Shown: piece after piece, positions 13,795-25,789 of the stretch
Layout of the letters: the number at the start of each line of letters is the position of its first letter
How positions within the stretch are numbered: the first letter of the stretch is position 1
DNA from: Mobula hypostoma
Taxonomy: Eukaryota
Assembly (NCBI RefSeq): GCF_963921235.1
Contig: NC_086097.1
Span: forward strand, 53,446,001-53,510,000
Reading direction: 5' to 3'
DNA: 64,000 nt
The notes under the pieces: model-generated
Seen by the model: only the letters and a program-made list of their open reading frames with translations
What the model was told of the DNA's origin: nothing
Database searches by the model: none
Program-made: the position numbers and the translations under genes

Positions 13795-14596
13795 CTTTAT
13801 TCTAAGAAAGGATGTGTTGGCGTTGGAGAGGGTCCAGAGGAGGTACAAGAAAATGATCCCAGGAACAAAAGGGTGAATGAGGAGAGTTTGATGGCTCTGG
13901 GACTGTACTTGCTGGAGTTTAGAAGAACGAGGGGAGAGCCTATTGAAATCTATCAGATAGGGCAGCACAGTATTGCAGTGGTTAGCACAACGCTTCACAG
14001 CACAGGCAACTCGGGTTCAATTCCTGCCACTGTCTGTACATTCTCCCCATGATTGTGTGGCCTTCCTCCGGATGCTCCAGTTTCCTCCCACAGTCCAAAG
14101 ATGTACTGGATGGTAGTATAACTGGTCATTTATAAATTGTCATGTGATTAGGATAGGATTAAATCATGGGTTGTTGGGTGACGAGGCTCAAAGGGCTGGG
14201 AGGGTCTGTTCTGCTCTGTATCTCAGCAAATAAATAAACATTGAAAGGCCGAGAGACCGTGGTCTTGGAGAGGATGTTTCCTTTAGGGGTGAATCTAGGA
14301 CCAGAGGACACAGCCTCACAACAGAAAGAAGTCCTGTTAGAACAGAGATGAGGAGGAATTTCTTCAGCCAGAGGGCAGTGAATCTGTAGAATTCATTACC
14401 ACAGACGGCTGTGGAGGCCGTCAATGGGTATATTTAAAGCAGAGGTTGATAAGGTCTTGATTAGTCGGGGCGCCAAAGGTTTTGGGGAGAGGGCAGGACA
14501 ATGGGATTGAGAGGGATAATAAATCAGCCATGATGGAATGGTGGAGCAGACTCAATGGACTGAATGGCCTAATCTGCTCCTTTGTATTTGGGTTTT
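13795..14596 (+). mobile_element. CR1 3' fragment interrupted by a V-SINE
   Basis: ttggagagggtccagaggagg...; resumes after 14240 and runs to the 3' UTR gactgaatggcctaatctgctcc. Confidence 0.8.
13960..14239 (+). mobile_element. V-SINE nested in CR1
   Basis: gcagtggttagcacaacgcttcacagc head, B-box gggttcaattcc, V-domain ttctcccc...tttcctcccacagtccaaaga, aaataaataaa tail. Confidence 0.85.
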
Positions 14597-14849
14597 ATTT
14601 AGAGGGAGGAACAGAAGCAGTTGTAATACCAGGAGGCTGAAGAAAAAAATATTTATGATAAAAATATTTATGATAAAAATATTTACAAGTAGAATAAATT
14701 ATTTAAACTCTGCCATGGATGGTGCTAATCCTTGCTGTAAATGGAGCAGGATTGGGCATGGGCTAGCAACACCATCCCATATAAACCCAGTACTACTGAA
14801 ACACCAACAGAAGCTCCAAATATCTCATCCCTGGGAGTGGAAGGATACA

Positions 14850-15105
14850 CCGAGAAGATGGGCCACATCTGGACTGGCCCAGGACAGAAGTCTCTGGCGA
14901 GCCACTGTTGGTGGCCTATGCCCCAGTAGGCATGAGAAGAAGAAGAAGAAGAAGAAGAAGAAGAAGAAGAAGAAGAAGAAGAAGAAGAAGAAGAAGAAGA
15001 AGAAGAAGAAGAAGAAGAAGAAGAAGAAGAAGAAGAAGAAGAAGAAGAAGAAGAAGAAGAAGAAGAAGAAGAAGAAGAAGAAGAAGAAGAAGAAGAAGAA
15101 GAAGA
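14850..15105 (+). mobile_element. RTE-type LINE extreme 3' end with expanded (GAA)n tail
   Basis: Encodes LAQDRSLWRATVGGLCP, a typical RTE-family C-terminus, directly followed by the AGA repeat. Confidence 0.7.
14935..15105. repeat. Perfect (AGA)57 microsatellite
   Basis: 171 bp uninterrupted trinucleotide tract, read directly. Confidence 0.98.
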
Positions 15106-15154
15106 TATTTGCACATGGATAGAGAACTGGAAAGCCAATAGGTTTTACATACAA

Positions 15155-16720
15155 GAAAGCATCAAGTTGGATAAGTCACCGGGACTGGATGAGGTGTACC
15201 CCAGGCAACTGTGGGAGGTGAAGGAAGAGATTGCTGAGCCTCTGGCAATGATCTTTGCATCATAAATGGGGATGGGAGAGGTTCCAGAGGATTAGAGGGT
15301 TGCAGATGTTTTTCCCTTATTCAAGAAAGGGAGTAGAGATAGCCCAGGAAATTATAGACCAGTGAGACTTACTTCAGTGCTGAGCAAGTTGATGGAGAAG
15401 ATCCTGAGAGACAGGATTTATAAACATTTCGAGAGGCATAATATGAATAGGAATAGTCAGCATGGCTTTGTCAAAGGCAGGTCGTGCCTTGCGAGCCTGA
15501 TTGAAGTTTTGGAGGATGTGACTACACACATTGATGAAGGTAGAGCTGTAGATGTAGTGTATATGGATTTCAGCAAGGCATTTGATAAGGTACCCCATGC
15601 AAGGCTTATTGAGAAAGTAAGGAAGTATGGGATCCATGGGGACCTTGCTTTGTGGATCCAGAATTGGCTTGCCCACAGTGGTTGTTGACAGGTCAGATCC
15701 TGCATGGAGGTTGGTGACCAATGGTGTACCTCAGGGATCTGTTCTGGGACCCCTTCTCTTCGTGATTTTTATAAATAACCTGGATGAGGAAGTAGAGGGA
15801 TGGGTTAGTAAATTTGCTGATGACACAAAGGTTGGGGGTATTGTGGATAGTGTGGAGGGCTGTCAGAGGTTACAGCAGGACATTGATAGGATGCAAAACT
15901 GGGCTGAGAAGTGGCAGGTGGAGTTTAACCCAGATAAGTGTGAAGTGATTCACTTTGGTAGGTCAAATATGATGGCAGAATATAGTATTAATGGTAAGAC
16001 TCTTGGCAGTGTGGAGGATCAGAGGGATCTTGGGGTCCGAGTTCTTAGGACACTCAAAGCTGCTGCGCAGATTGACTCCGTGGTTAAGAAGGCGTATGGT
16101 GTATTGGACTTCATCAACTGCTGGATTGAGTTCAAGAGCTGTGAGGTAATGTTGCAGCTATATAGGACCCTGGTCAGACCCCACTTGGAGTACTGTGGTC
16201 AGTTCTGGCTACCTCACTACAGGAAGGATGTGGAAACTATAGAAAGGGTGCAGAGGGGATTTCCAAGGATGTTGCCTGGATTGGGGAGCATGCCTTATGA
16301 GAATAGGTTGAGTGAACTTGGCCTTTTCTCCTTGGAGCGATGGAGGATGAGAGGTGACCTGATAGAGGTGTATAAGATGATAAGAGGCATTAATTGTGTG
16401 GATAGTCAGAGGCTCTTTCCCAGGGCTAAAATGGCTAGCACGAGAAGGCACAGTTTTAAGGTGCTTGGAAGCAGGTACAGAGGAGACGTCAGGGGTAAGT
16501 TTTTTTACGCAGAGAGTGGTGAGAGCGTGGAATGGTCTCCCGGCAATGGTGGTGGAGGCGCATATGATAGGGTCTTTTAAGAGGTTCCTGGAGAGGTACA
16601 TAGAGCTTAGAAAAATAGACGGCTGTGGGTAACCCTAGGTAATTTCTAAAGTAAGTACATGTTCGGCACAGCATTGTGGGCTGAAGGGCCTGTATTGTGC
16701 TATAGGTTTTCTATGTTTCT
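15155..16720 (+). mobile_element. CR1 LINE, 5'-truncated (RT and 3' UTR)
   Basis: QHGFVKGRSC, DFSKAFDKVPH, GVPQGSVLGP, FADD, RPHLEYC; tail ttctatgtttcta. Confidence 0.95.
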
Positions 16721-17415
16721 AAGACACAATCAGAACTATTCATCAAAGTAACAAATGCACTGAATTTTGATTTAGTCTGTTAGAACTATGTGAAAACCAG
16801 CTATATTCCTCTTACAACAAATGAAATGTTATCAATTAAATAGAATTTTTAAAAAACCTGCACAGATTTGTGGATTACTTTTTAACACTATAATATTGAA
16901 AAATTGGTTCAAACTGTTTTCAATTTCATTTATGTGTAATGAATTCAGAGGAGGAAAAGAGTTTTAGTATATGACCTACTAGTCAGTTGTGTAATATGGA
17001 GGATATAATGATAAACTTTCATTTTATATGGCTGTGATTATAATAAGCATGAGGGTGGAGGATGTCAATAGAAATGGTAAATATAGAAATTGTTACTTAG
17101 CTTGTAGGATGGTAAAATGTTAATAGAAGCATTCGGACTTTACAAAGGAAATGCTTTCAAATGATACAATGATACATCATGTCTGTAGTATTTTCCAGCA
17201 GGACAGTATAATACCCATTCTGTCAAATAGGATTGGGAGTCAGTGAACTCTGTCTCCAAAGTGCACACAAAGTATGTGTTACTGTAGGAATAAGTAAACT
17301 ATTAATTTCATGTTAAAATGTTTTCTAAGTAATAAAACTATATGGGAAATTTAACTTCTCCCACCACAAATTTCAAATATGCATTTATACCGATAATCTT
17401 AATAGCTAAGTTGGA

Positions 17416-18070
17416 AAATTGGTAGATTGGTAAATTGGTTATTATTGTCACATGTAGTGAGGTACAGTGGAAAACTGCATACCATCCATACAGATCATTT
17501 CATGACATCAGTACATTGAGTACAAGGGAAAACAATAGCACAAAGCAGAATGAAGAGTTACAGTTACAGAGAAATGCAGTACATTCAGAAAATAAGTTTC
17601 AAGACCATAACAAAGTAGGTTGTAGGGTCAAGAGAACATCCCATCTCATCATACAAGGGGACCATTTAATAATCTTATAACAGTAGGATAGAAGCTGTCC
17701 TTGAGCCTGCTGACACAATCTTTCAGGCTTTTGTATTTTCTGTCTGATGGAAGGGGGAAGAAGGGAAAGTATCTGGGGATGTTGGGGTGGCTTGATTATG
17801 CTGACTGCTTTACTGAGGCAGTAAGAAATGCAGACAGAGGCTATGGATGGTAGTCAAGTTTTAGGTAGCCAAGTTATGTACTGAGATGTTTCCGCAACTC
17901 CCTGCAGTTGCTTGCGCTTGTGGGCAGAGCAATTGTCATACTGAGCTGCAATGCATCCAGATAAGATGCTTTCTATGGTGCATCTGTAAAAATTAGTGAA
18001 GGACAATGGAACATGATGAATTTCTTTGTCCCGAGAGGAACTAGAGGCACTGGTGCATTTTCTTGGCCAT
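17416..18070 (-). mobile_element. Degenerate Rex1/Babar-like LINE 3' fragment
   Basis: Reverse complement resembles the 3' end of the copy at 43440-44230 (…acatgtga(c/t)aataa…aatttaccaa tail). Confidence 0.6.
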
Positions 18071-18399
18071 AGTCTATCAAATCTAACAAAGTCTGATCAT
18101 AGTTTGCCCATTGTACTTTTAAAGTTTTTACACAGTATGTTATTGTGTTCAATTGAGGACAGTAGTGACTTTCATGTGTTAGCTAATTATTGGCAGAAGT
18201 TTGCCAGCTCTCACAACAGGTTGCAGTTATCAGTTCTAGAGTCTCTAGTGAGTCTGAATCACCAGTATTATTCCCTCTGCGTTATTTCTCTGTCATGCTT
18301 TGATAGCTGATTACGTAAACAAGAATGAATAAAGTGAGTTAAGTACTATCTATGCCATCCTCCACTCTTGTATATTTACAATCCAATGGCCAATGCATC

Positions 18400-18885
18400 T
18401 ACTGTGTACATACATCTATTGATGCTTCTGGACACATCTTCAGTGAAGTTCCTGGAATCATCGGGTGTTTCGGGTCTTCCAACATCATACAACCTCCTCC
18501 AGGTGACCCAGCCGGGGCTGATCAGACCCCAGCTTGTGTCCAGATGGCTAGCTACTTATGACTCCATGGCTCCCCTCCTTTGAGCCACAGCCATCTTGAG
18601 GCCCTCTCTGCCGCATCGGTGGTACTGCGGATGGCTCTCCTCTTCCTCTCTCCCTCGATGCCTAAAATGCTGAATGCTCTAACTAAAGAATGGGCTACGA
18701 ATCCCCTACAACCAACCTCCACTGGGAGACACCTCGCTCTCCATCCAGCCTGCTGACAGTTGCTGGCCAGTCCTGTGTACTTGGAGAGCTTCCTTTCAAA
18801 GGCCTCTTCCAAGCTATCTTCCCATGGGACTGTCACCTCCAGCAGCACCACTTGCTTAGTAGACTCAGACACTAGGACAATGTCT
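18400..18885 (-). mobile_element. HERO-type (R2-superfamily, restriction-like endonuclease) non-LTR retrotransposon, 3' end
   Basis: Minus ORF DIVLVSESTKQVVLLEVTVPWE...ERKLSKY...PVEVGCRGF...AAERASRWLWLK matches the PD-(D/E)xK RLE domain of HERO-like elements; stop at the end of ORF 18552-18995, followed by a structured 3' UTR. Confidence 0.85.
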
Positions 18886-19164
18886 GCAGTATTTCTGAAA
18901 GGAAACTTACTGACAACTTCTGTAGGTGTTATGGTAATCCTTTGCAAAAACTCAATTATACTAGATTTGACACTAAATAAAAGCTCACACTGCAACTGCG
19001 AAGCATGTTATAAATTTATGTTGGTGATCTTAAGAATATGTATTTGCTATTTTAATTAATATTTATTTTAGTTTTAGACAGAACTAAATCCTTAGAGTAG
19101 TACTAAATAGGGGCAAAATCCTGATCAATTGTAGGAAAATTTTCTTATTATCAACAGAACAACA

Positions 19165-19772
19165 GCATTTGTCATGCACCTGGCCCTGACACACCTGGAA
19201 AACAAGGTCACTTATGTCAGACTGCTGTTTCTGGATTTCATTTCAGCATTCAGTACTGTTGTCCCACAGACCTGGTGAACAAATTCCTACTCCTCAGTCT
19301 AAAAGAACCACTGTGCAACTGGGTGTTGGACTTCCCAACAAACCGACCTCAGATTGTCAGAATTTTCAACCATTCCTCCCTCCCCATCGTCCTCAACACG
19401 GGTGCCCCCCAGGGCCATGTGCTGAGCCTGTCATTGCTGAGTAGTCTGCTCACACGTGACTGCACGGACAGACACCTGAGCAACCTCATCTTCAGGTTTA
19501 CCATTGGTGGGTCTCATCACCAGCAATGATCAGATGGCCTATAGAGAGGAGGGGAAAGAGCTCGCACCCCGGTGCCAACCCCTTCCTTAATGTCAACAAG
19601 ACAATGGAAACGGTCATCAACTTGCACCACTCACACTACGCTTTATATCGGTGGCACAGCAGCAAGAAGTTTCAAACTCCTGAGTGCCCATCATACACAA
19701 TGTCTCATAGTCCCAGACAACATCCTACACAGTCAAGAAAGCTTATCAACGCCTCTACTTTCTGGGGAGGCT
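19165..19772 (+). mobile_element. Degenerate Rex1/Babar LINE RT fragment
   Basis: Frameshifted RT motifs ...DFISAF, LCNWVLDF, LNTGAPQG-VLS. Confidence 0.8.
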
Positions 19773-20326
19773 GAACTGGTCAGACACATTCAGAATATTG
19801 TGAACAATTTTGGACCTTGAATCTAAGATAGTCAGGTTGTGCAAACACTCCTCCCTCCCCATCATCCTCAACACGGGTACCCTCAGGGTGTGTGCTGAGC
19901 CCACTGCTGTACTCTCTGCTCACACATGACTGCACGGCCAAATGCCCAAGTACTCACATTGTCAAGTTCACTGATATCACGACGGTGGTGGGGCTCATCA
20001 CCATCAATGATGAGACAGCATACATTGAGGAGATGGAAGAGCTCGAGGCCTGGTGCCATATAAATAACCTTTTGCTTAATTTCAATATGAGAAGGGAGAT
20101 GGTTATTGACTTCAGGAGAGCTCGCACCACTCACACCTGCTTTATGTCGATGGTACAGCAGTGGAGTGGGAGTGCACATCATACACAACCTTTCGTGGTC
20201 CCAGAACACATCCTTCACAGTCAGGAAAGCTCACCAATGCTTCTACTTCCCGAGGAGGTTGAAGAGAGCTGGACTGGGCACATCCATACTCACATCATTC
20301 TACAGTTGTACAGTAGAGAGCATCCC

Positions 20327-23300
20327 GTATAACCATATAACAATTACAGCACAGAAACAGGCCGTCTCGACCCTTCTAGTCCGTTCCGAACTCTTACTCT
20401 CACCTAGTCTCACCGACCTGCACTCAGCCCATAACCCTCCATTCCTTTCCGGTCCATATAGCTATCCAATTTAAATTTAAACAACAACATTGAACCTGCC
20501 TCAACCATTTCTGCTGGAAGCTCATTCCACACAGCTACCACTCTCTGAGTAAAGAAGTTCCCTCTCATGTTACCCCTAAACTTTTGCCCTTTAACTCTCA
20601 ACATGTCCTCTTGTTTGAATTTCCCCTACTCTCAATGGAAAAAGCCTATCCACGTCAACTCTATCTATCCCCCTCATAATTTTAAGTATCTCTATCAAGT
20701 CCTCCCTCAACCTTCTATGCTCCAAAGAATAAAGACCCAACTTGTTCAACCTTTCTTTGTAACTTAGGAGATGAAACCCAGATAACATTCCAGTAAATCT
20801 TCTCTGTACTCTCTCAATTTTGTTGACATCTTTCCCACAATTCAGTGACCGGAACTGTACACAATACTCCAAATTTGACCTTACCAATGCCTTGTACAAT
20901 TTCAACATTACATCCCAACTCCTATACTCAATGCTCTGATTTCTAAAGGCCAGCATACCAAAAGCTTTCTTCACCACTCTATCCACACGAGATTCCACCT
21001 TCAGGGAACTATACACCATTATTCCTAGATCCCTCTGTTCTACTGCATTCTTCAATGCCCTACCACTTACCATGTATGTCCTATTTTGATTAGTCCTACC
21101 AAAATGTAGCACCTCACATTTATCAGCATTAAACTCTATCTGCCATCTTTCAGCCCATGCTTCTAACTGGCCTAAATCTCTCTGCAAGCTTTGAAAACCT
21201 ACTTCATTATCCACAACTCCACCTATCTTAGTATCATCTGCATACTTACTAATCGAATTTACCACCCCATCATCCAGATCATTAATATATATGACAAACA
21301 ACATTGGACCCAGTACAGATCCCTGAGGCACACCACTAGACACCGGCCTCCAATCTGACAAGCACTATCCACCATTACTCTCTGGTGTCTCCCATCCAGC
21401 CACTGCTGAATCTATTTTACTACTTCAATATTAATACCTAACGATTGAACCTTCCTAACTAATCTTCCGTGTGGAACCTTGTCAAAGGCCTTACTGAAGT
21501 CCATATAGACAACATCCACTGCTTTACCCTTGTCAACTTTCCTGGTAACCTCTTCAAAAAATTCAATAAGATTTGCCAAACATGACCTTTCACGTACAAA
21601 TCCATGTTGACTGTTCCTAATCAGACCCTGTCTATCCAGATAATTATATATGCCATCTCTAAGAATACTTTCCATCAAGTTACCCACCACTGACATCAAA
21701 CTGACAGGCCGATAATTGCTAGGTTTACTCTTAGAACCCTTTTTAAACAATGGAACAACATGAGCAATATGCCAATCCTCCAGTACCATCCCTGTTTCTA
21801 ATGACATTTGAAATATTTCTGTCAGAGCCCCTGCTATTTCCACACTAACTTCCCTGAAGGTCCTAGGGAATATCCTGTCAGGACCTGGAGACTTATCCAC
21901 TTTCATATTCTTTAAAAGTCCCAGTACTTCCTCTTTAATCATCATAGTTTCCATAACTACCCTACTTGTTTCCCTTACCTTACACATGACATGGTCCGGT
22001 CCGTGAAGTCCACATTCCGGTTCACGGTCCGGTCCATCGACCCTTGCTCCAGCTTTTCCTGTCTACCCTGTTTCTGGTCCTGTTGAGCTCTAATTGAGTC
22101 AGCTGATGCTCATTGGGGCTGGCTGCATAAATACCTTCAGAGACCAGGGTGTCACTGCTGGATTGTTCTTGTCCTTACTCCTTGTATCCCTTTCCCTGCC
22201 TTCTGCTTTCTTGCCTGAAGCCCTGCCTTGCCTTGCCAGTAACTTTCGCCTCACCTGAAGTTCTCGTCTAGTCTCGCCTTGCCAGAAGCCTTGCCTTGTC
22301 TTGCTGGTAACTCTTGCCTCACCTGAAGTTCTCGTCTCGCCTTGCATTGCCTGAAGCCTTGCCTTGTCTTGCTGGTAACTCTCGCCTTGTCTTGCCTGTA
22401 GTCTTGTCCTGGAGCCACCCTGTACCTAGCTCCCTTCCTGTCCCTTGCCTCCGCCCAGGTAAGTCAGGCCGTCTTGCCATTACCTGCGGTTGGTTCTGTC
22501 CCTTCCTGTCCCATGCCTCCGTCGGGTGGTGATCCGCGCCCTGCCCAGGAGTACCGCACCCTGCCCAAGAGGAGCCTGCCCAGCCTCAAGCCTGAAGACT
22601 CCAGCCTCCTGCCTCTCGCCAAGCCTCACCTCAAGTCTCTAGCCTCAAGCCTGAAGATTCAAGTCTCCTGCCTCCTGCCAAGCCTCGTCTCAAGTCTCTA
22701 AGACTTCAGCCTCGTCCTGCCTGCCTGCCTGCCAAGCGTCGTCCTTGCCTAGTTCTGGGGTCCGAGCCAGAGGCAAGACCCAGGTACTGGGTCCTTGTTC
22801 AGTCTCTGGCTCGGAATCCAAGCCCGGGCTCCTAGATCTCTTGTTCAGTCCTGTTCCGGGTTCCTGGTTTTTGTGTCCATGTCCTTGCCCTCAGCCTGTA
22901 TCCTAGTCCTGTCCCTAGTACTTTAGTGTCTGTGTCTTACACTTGGGTCCATTCCCAGCCATCTCCTTATGACAACACAATTCAATATCCTTCTCCTTAG
23001 TGAACCGAAGAAAAGAAATTGTTCAAAATCTCCCCCATCTCTTTTGGCTCCGCACATAGCCATCCGCTCTGATTCTCTAAGGGACCAATTTTGTCCCTCA
23101 CTATCCTTTTGCTATTAATATAACTGTAGAAACCCTTTGGATTTATTTTCACCTTACTTGCCAAAGCAACCTCATATCTTCTTTTAGCTTTTCTAATTTC
23201 TCTCTTAGGATTCTTTTTACATTCTTTATATTCCTCGAGCACCTCATTTACTCCAAGCTCCCTATATTTATTGTAGAACTCTCTCTTTTTCCAAACCAAG

Positions 23301-24171
23301 TTTCCAATATCCCTTGAAAACCATGGCTCTCTCAAAATTTAACCTTTCCTTTCAACCTAACAGGAACATAAAGATTCTGTACCCTCAAAATTTCACCTTT
23401 AAATGAGCTCCATTTCTTTATTACATCCTTCCCATAAAACAAATTGTCCCAATCCACTCTTTCTAAATCCTTTCTCATCTCCTCAAAGTTAGCCTTTCTC
23501 CAATCAAAAATCTCAAACCTGGGTCCAGTCCTATCCTTCTCCATAATTATATTGAAACTAATGGCATTGTGATCACTGGATCCGAAGTGCTCCCCAACAC
23601 ATACCTACGTCACCTGTCCTATCTCATTCCCTAACAAGAGATCCAACACTTCCCCCTCGCTAGTTGGTACCTCTATGTATTGCTGCAAAAAGCTATCTTG
23701 CGCACATTTTACAAACTCCAAACCATCCGGCCCTTTTACAGAATGGGTTTCCCAGTCTATGTGTGGAAAATTAAAATCTCCCACAATGACAACCTTGTGC
23801 TTACTACAAATATCTGCTACCTCCTTACAAATTTGCTCCTCCAATTCTCGCTCCCCATTAGGTGGTCTATAATACACCCCTATAAGCATTACTACACCTT
23901 TCCCATTTCTCAATTCCACCCAAATAGCCTCCCTAGACGAGCCCTCTAATCTATCCTGCCAAAGCACCGCTGTAATATTTTCTCTGACAAGCAATACAAC
24001 ACCTCCCCCTCTTGCCCCTCCGATTCTATCGCACCTGAAGCAACGAATTCCAGGAATAGTTAGTTGCTAATCACACCCCTCCTGCAACCATGTTTCACTA
24101 ATAGCTACAACATCATATTTCCAGGTATCAATCCATGTTCTAAGCTCATCCACCTTTCTTACAATGCTCCT
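20327..24171 (-). mobile_element. CR1 LINE, near-complete ORF2 with frameshifts, nested in Rex1/Babar
   Basis: Minus ORFs cover APE (RSIVRKVDEL, ISETWL, GDFNFP) and RT (GVPQGSVLGP, YADD); tail at ~20327. Confidence 0.95.
21987..22974 (+). mobile_element. Solo LTR, probably Gypsy-type
   Basis: TGACAT...ATGACA termini, perfect 5-bp TSD ACACA (21982-21986, 22975-22979), TATA-like cataaata at ~22126, subterminal acttgggtcc, internal tandem repeats; splits the CR1 ORF2. Confidence 0.85.
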
Positions 24172-24232
24172 AACATGCTGTATCATGGCATGGTACAGAA
24201 ACTGCACTGTGTTGGACGGGAAGACTCTATAA

Positions 24233-24435
24233 CAAACAAGAGAATATCTGCAGATGCTGGAAATCCAGGCAACACACACAAAATGCCGGAGGAACTCAGA
24301 AGGCCAGGCAGTATCTATGGAAAAAAGTACAGTCGACATTTCAGGCCAAACCCCTTTGGCAGGGCTGGAGAAAAAAAGCTGAGGCGTAGATCTACTCTTG
24401 ACTGCCAAAGGGTTTTGGCCCAAAACCGACTGGAC
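24233..24435. mobile_element. Penelope-like pseudo-LTR remnant with inverted, degenerate hammerhead halves
   Basis: ctgcagatgctgg...aaatgccggaggaactcag; TSD-like AAGACTCTATAA (24221-24232) / AAGGCTCTATAA (24436-24447). Confidence 0.75.
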
Positions 24436-25789
24436 AAGGCTCTATAAAGGGTAGTCCAAACTGCCCAACACATCAACGGCACCAGCCTACCTGCAATCAA
24501 GGATATATATACAGGAATGTGCCAGAAAAGGTCCAGTAACATCATGAAGGATCTTGCCCATCCTACTCATGGACTGTTTGTTCCACTTCCATCAGGGAAG
24601 AGGCTACATAGCATCTACACCAGGGCCACCAGCTCAGAAACAGTTTCTTTCCCCAAGCAATAAGGCTGATCAGCACCTCACCCATTAACTCCAACTCCAC
24701 TTTATTATTTCCTGTCAGTCACCTTATTTACAGCCGAGTAGCACTTTGTAGAATCAATCTATGTGAAAAAATATAAGCTGTCTTATTTATATGTACTATG
24801 TTGTTTAATTATTATTTTGTTCTTCTTTACACTTGTGTACATGAAATGTCATTAAGCAATCTAGAATCTTGAATCTTGAATCTTATTCTTGTACTTCAAT
24901 ACACTTATACTATTTTCTTTCCAACAGATTATTGTATCTGAGTGTTAGCTTGCTGCATTTTATGATCCATGAAGGTCACACTGTAAACCAATATCAACCA
25001 GTTTCTCACCATTTGATAAATATTCCATTTTTCTATTCTGCCTTGAAGAGGGTAGCCTCGCTCTCATCCACTTCATACCTCATCTGCCACTTCCTTTCCC
25101 TTTACAAATTCTTTACTTCTACCACAGGTTAGCGTCTGATCTAGTTTTGTATCATTGGTTACTAACTAGGCTACAGTGCATTCTCTCCCTTCATCTGAGT
25201 CATATTTCCGTAACAGAAGACTAGATTGAACCTCAAAAATGATAACTGTCAGACAATTTTCTCTTCATTACAAAAGAACAGGTTTACGCCGATAAATCAT
25301 AACGTTCCAGGTTTTGATAACTGCCAGTATTCCCTCCTGTAATGCTATTAAATGTGATGACAACTATATATCACTGTTCCCTCATACTCACTGGATCTGG
25401 ATTGTAAAATTGCATTAATTCCCCGCCACTTATAGTCTGAGAATTCTAGAACAGGCTGACCTCTTTTTTGCTGATAATCCTATCCTCATTTCTAAAATTC
25501 TCCTAATCTTTAAATTCAAGATTTAATATATAAGCATTATATATTTTTTCTTTTAATTTAGTACTGCTCTTATGCTGTGTCTTGTCCATGTGAAAAATTA
25601 TAGACAAAAACGTGTATTGTTTAATCATTGCTACAAATTCTCTAGCTTTAAAAAAAAATTACTATTACATCCCAGAATGCTGAAGGAAATGGTCCAAAAA
25701 ATTGTGAGCATTCTTTAGACTTTAAATCAGTTCTTATGGCTTGAAGCGCAGCTAATGTAATATAATTATTAAAACATAGAAAGTAAAGG

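Larger units (their letters stand above)
19825..24890 (+). mobile_element. Rex1/Babar LINE (RT to tail), host of a CR1, a solo LTR and a PLE insertion
   Basis: [23 protein letters not shown]...RRL, FYSCTVESI; resumes at ~24170; (aatcttg)n tail at ~24858-24884. Confidence 0.85.

Noticed and set aside
13960..14030. tRNA gene
   Set aside because: A and B boxes belong to a SINE head that continues into a V-domain; no convincing cloverleaf.
14538..15154. Poly-K, R, S, F and L ORFs
   Set aside because: Six-frame translations of the (AGA)57 tract, not proteins.
22200..22760. Repeat array as a CRISPR
   Set aside because: Degenerate tandem units without unique spacers inside an LTR; eukaryotic context with no cas genes.
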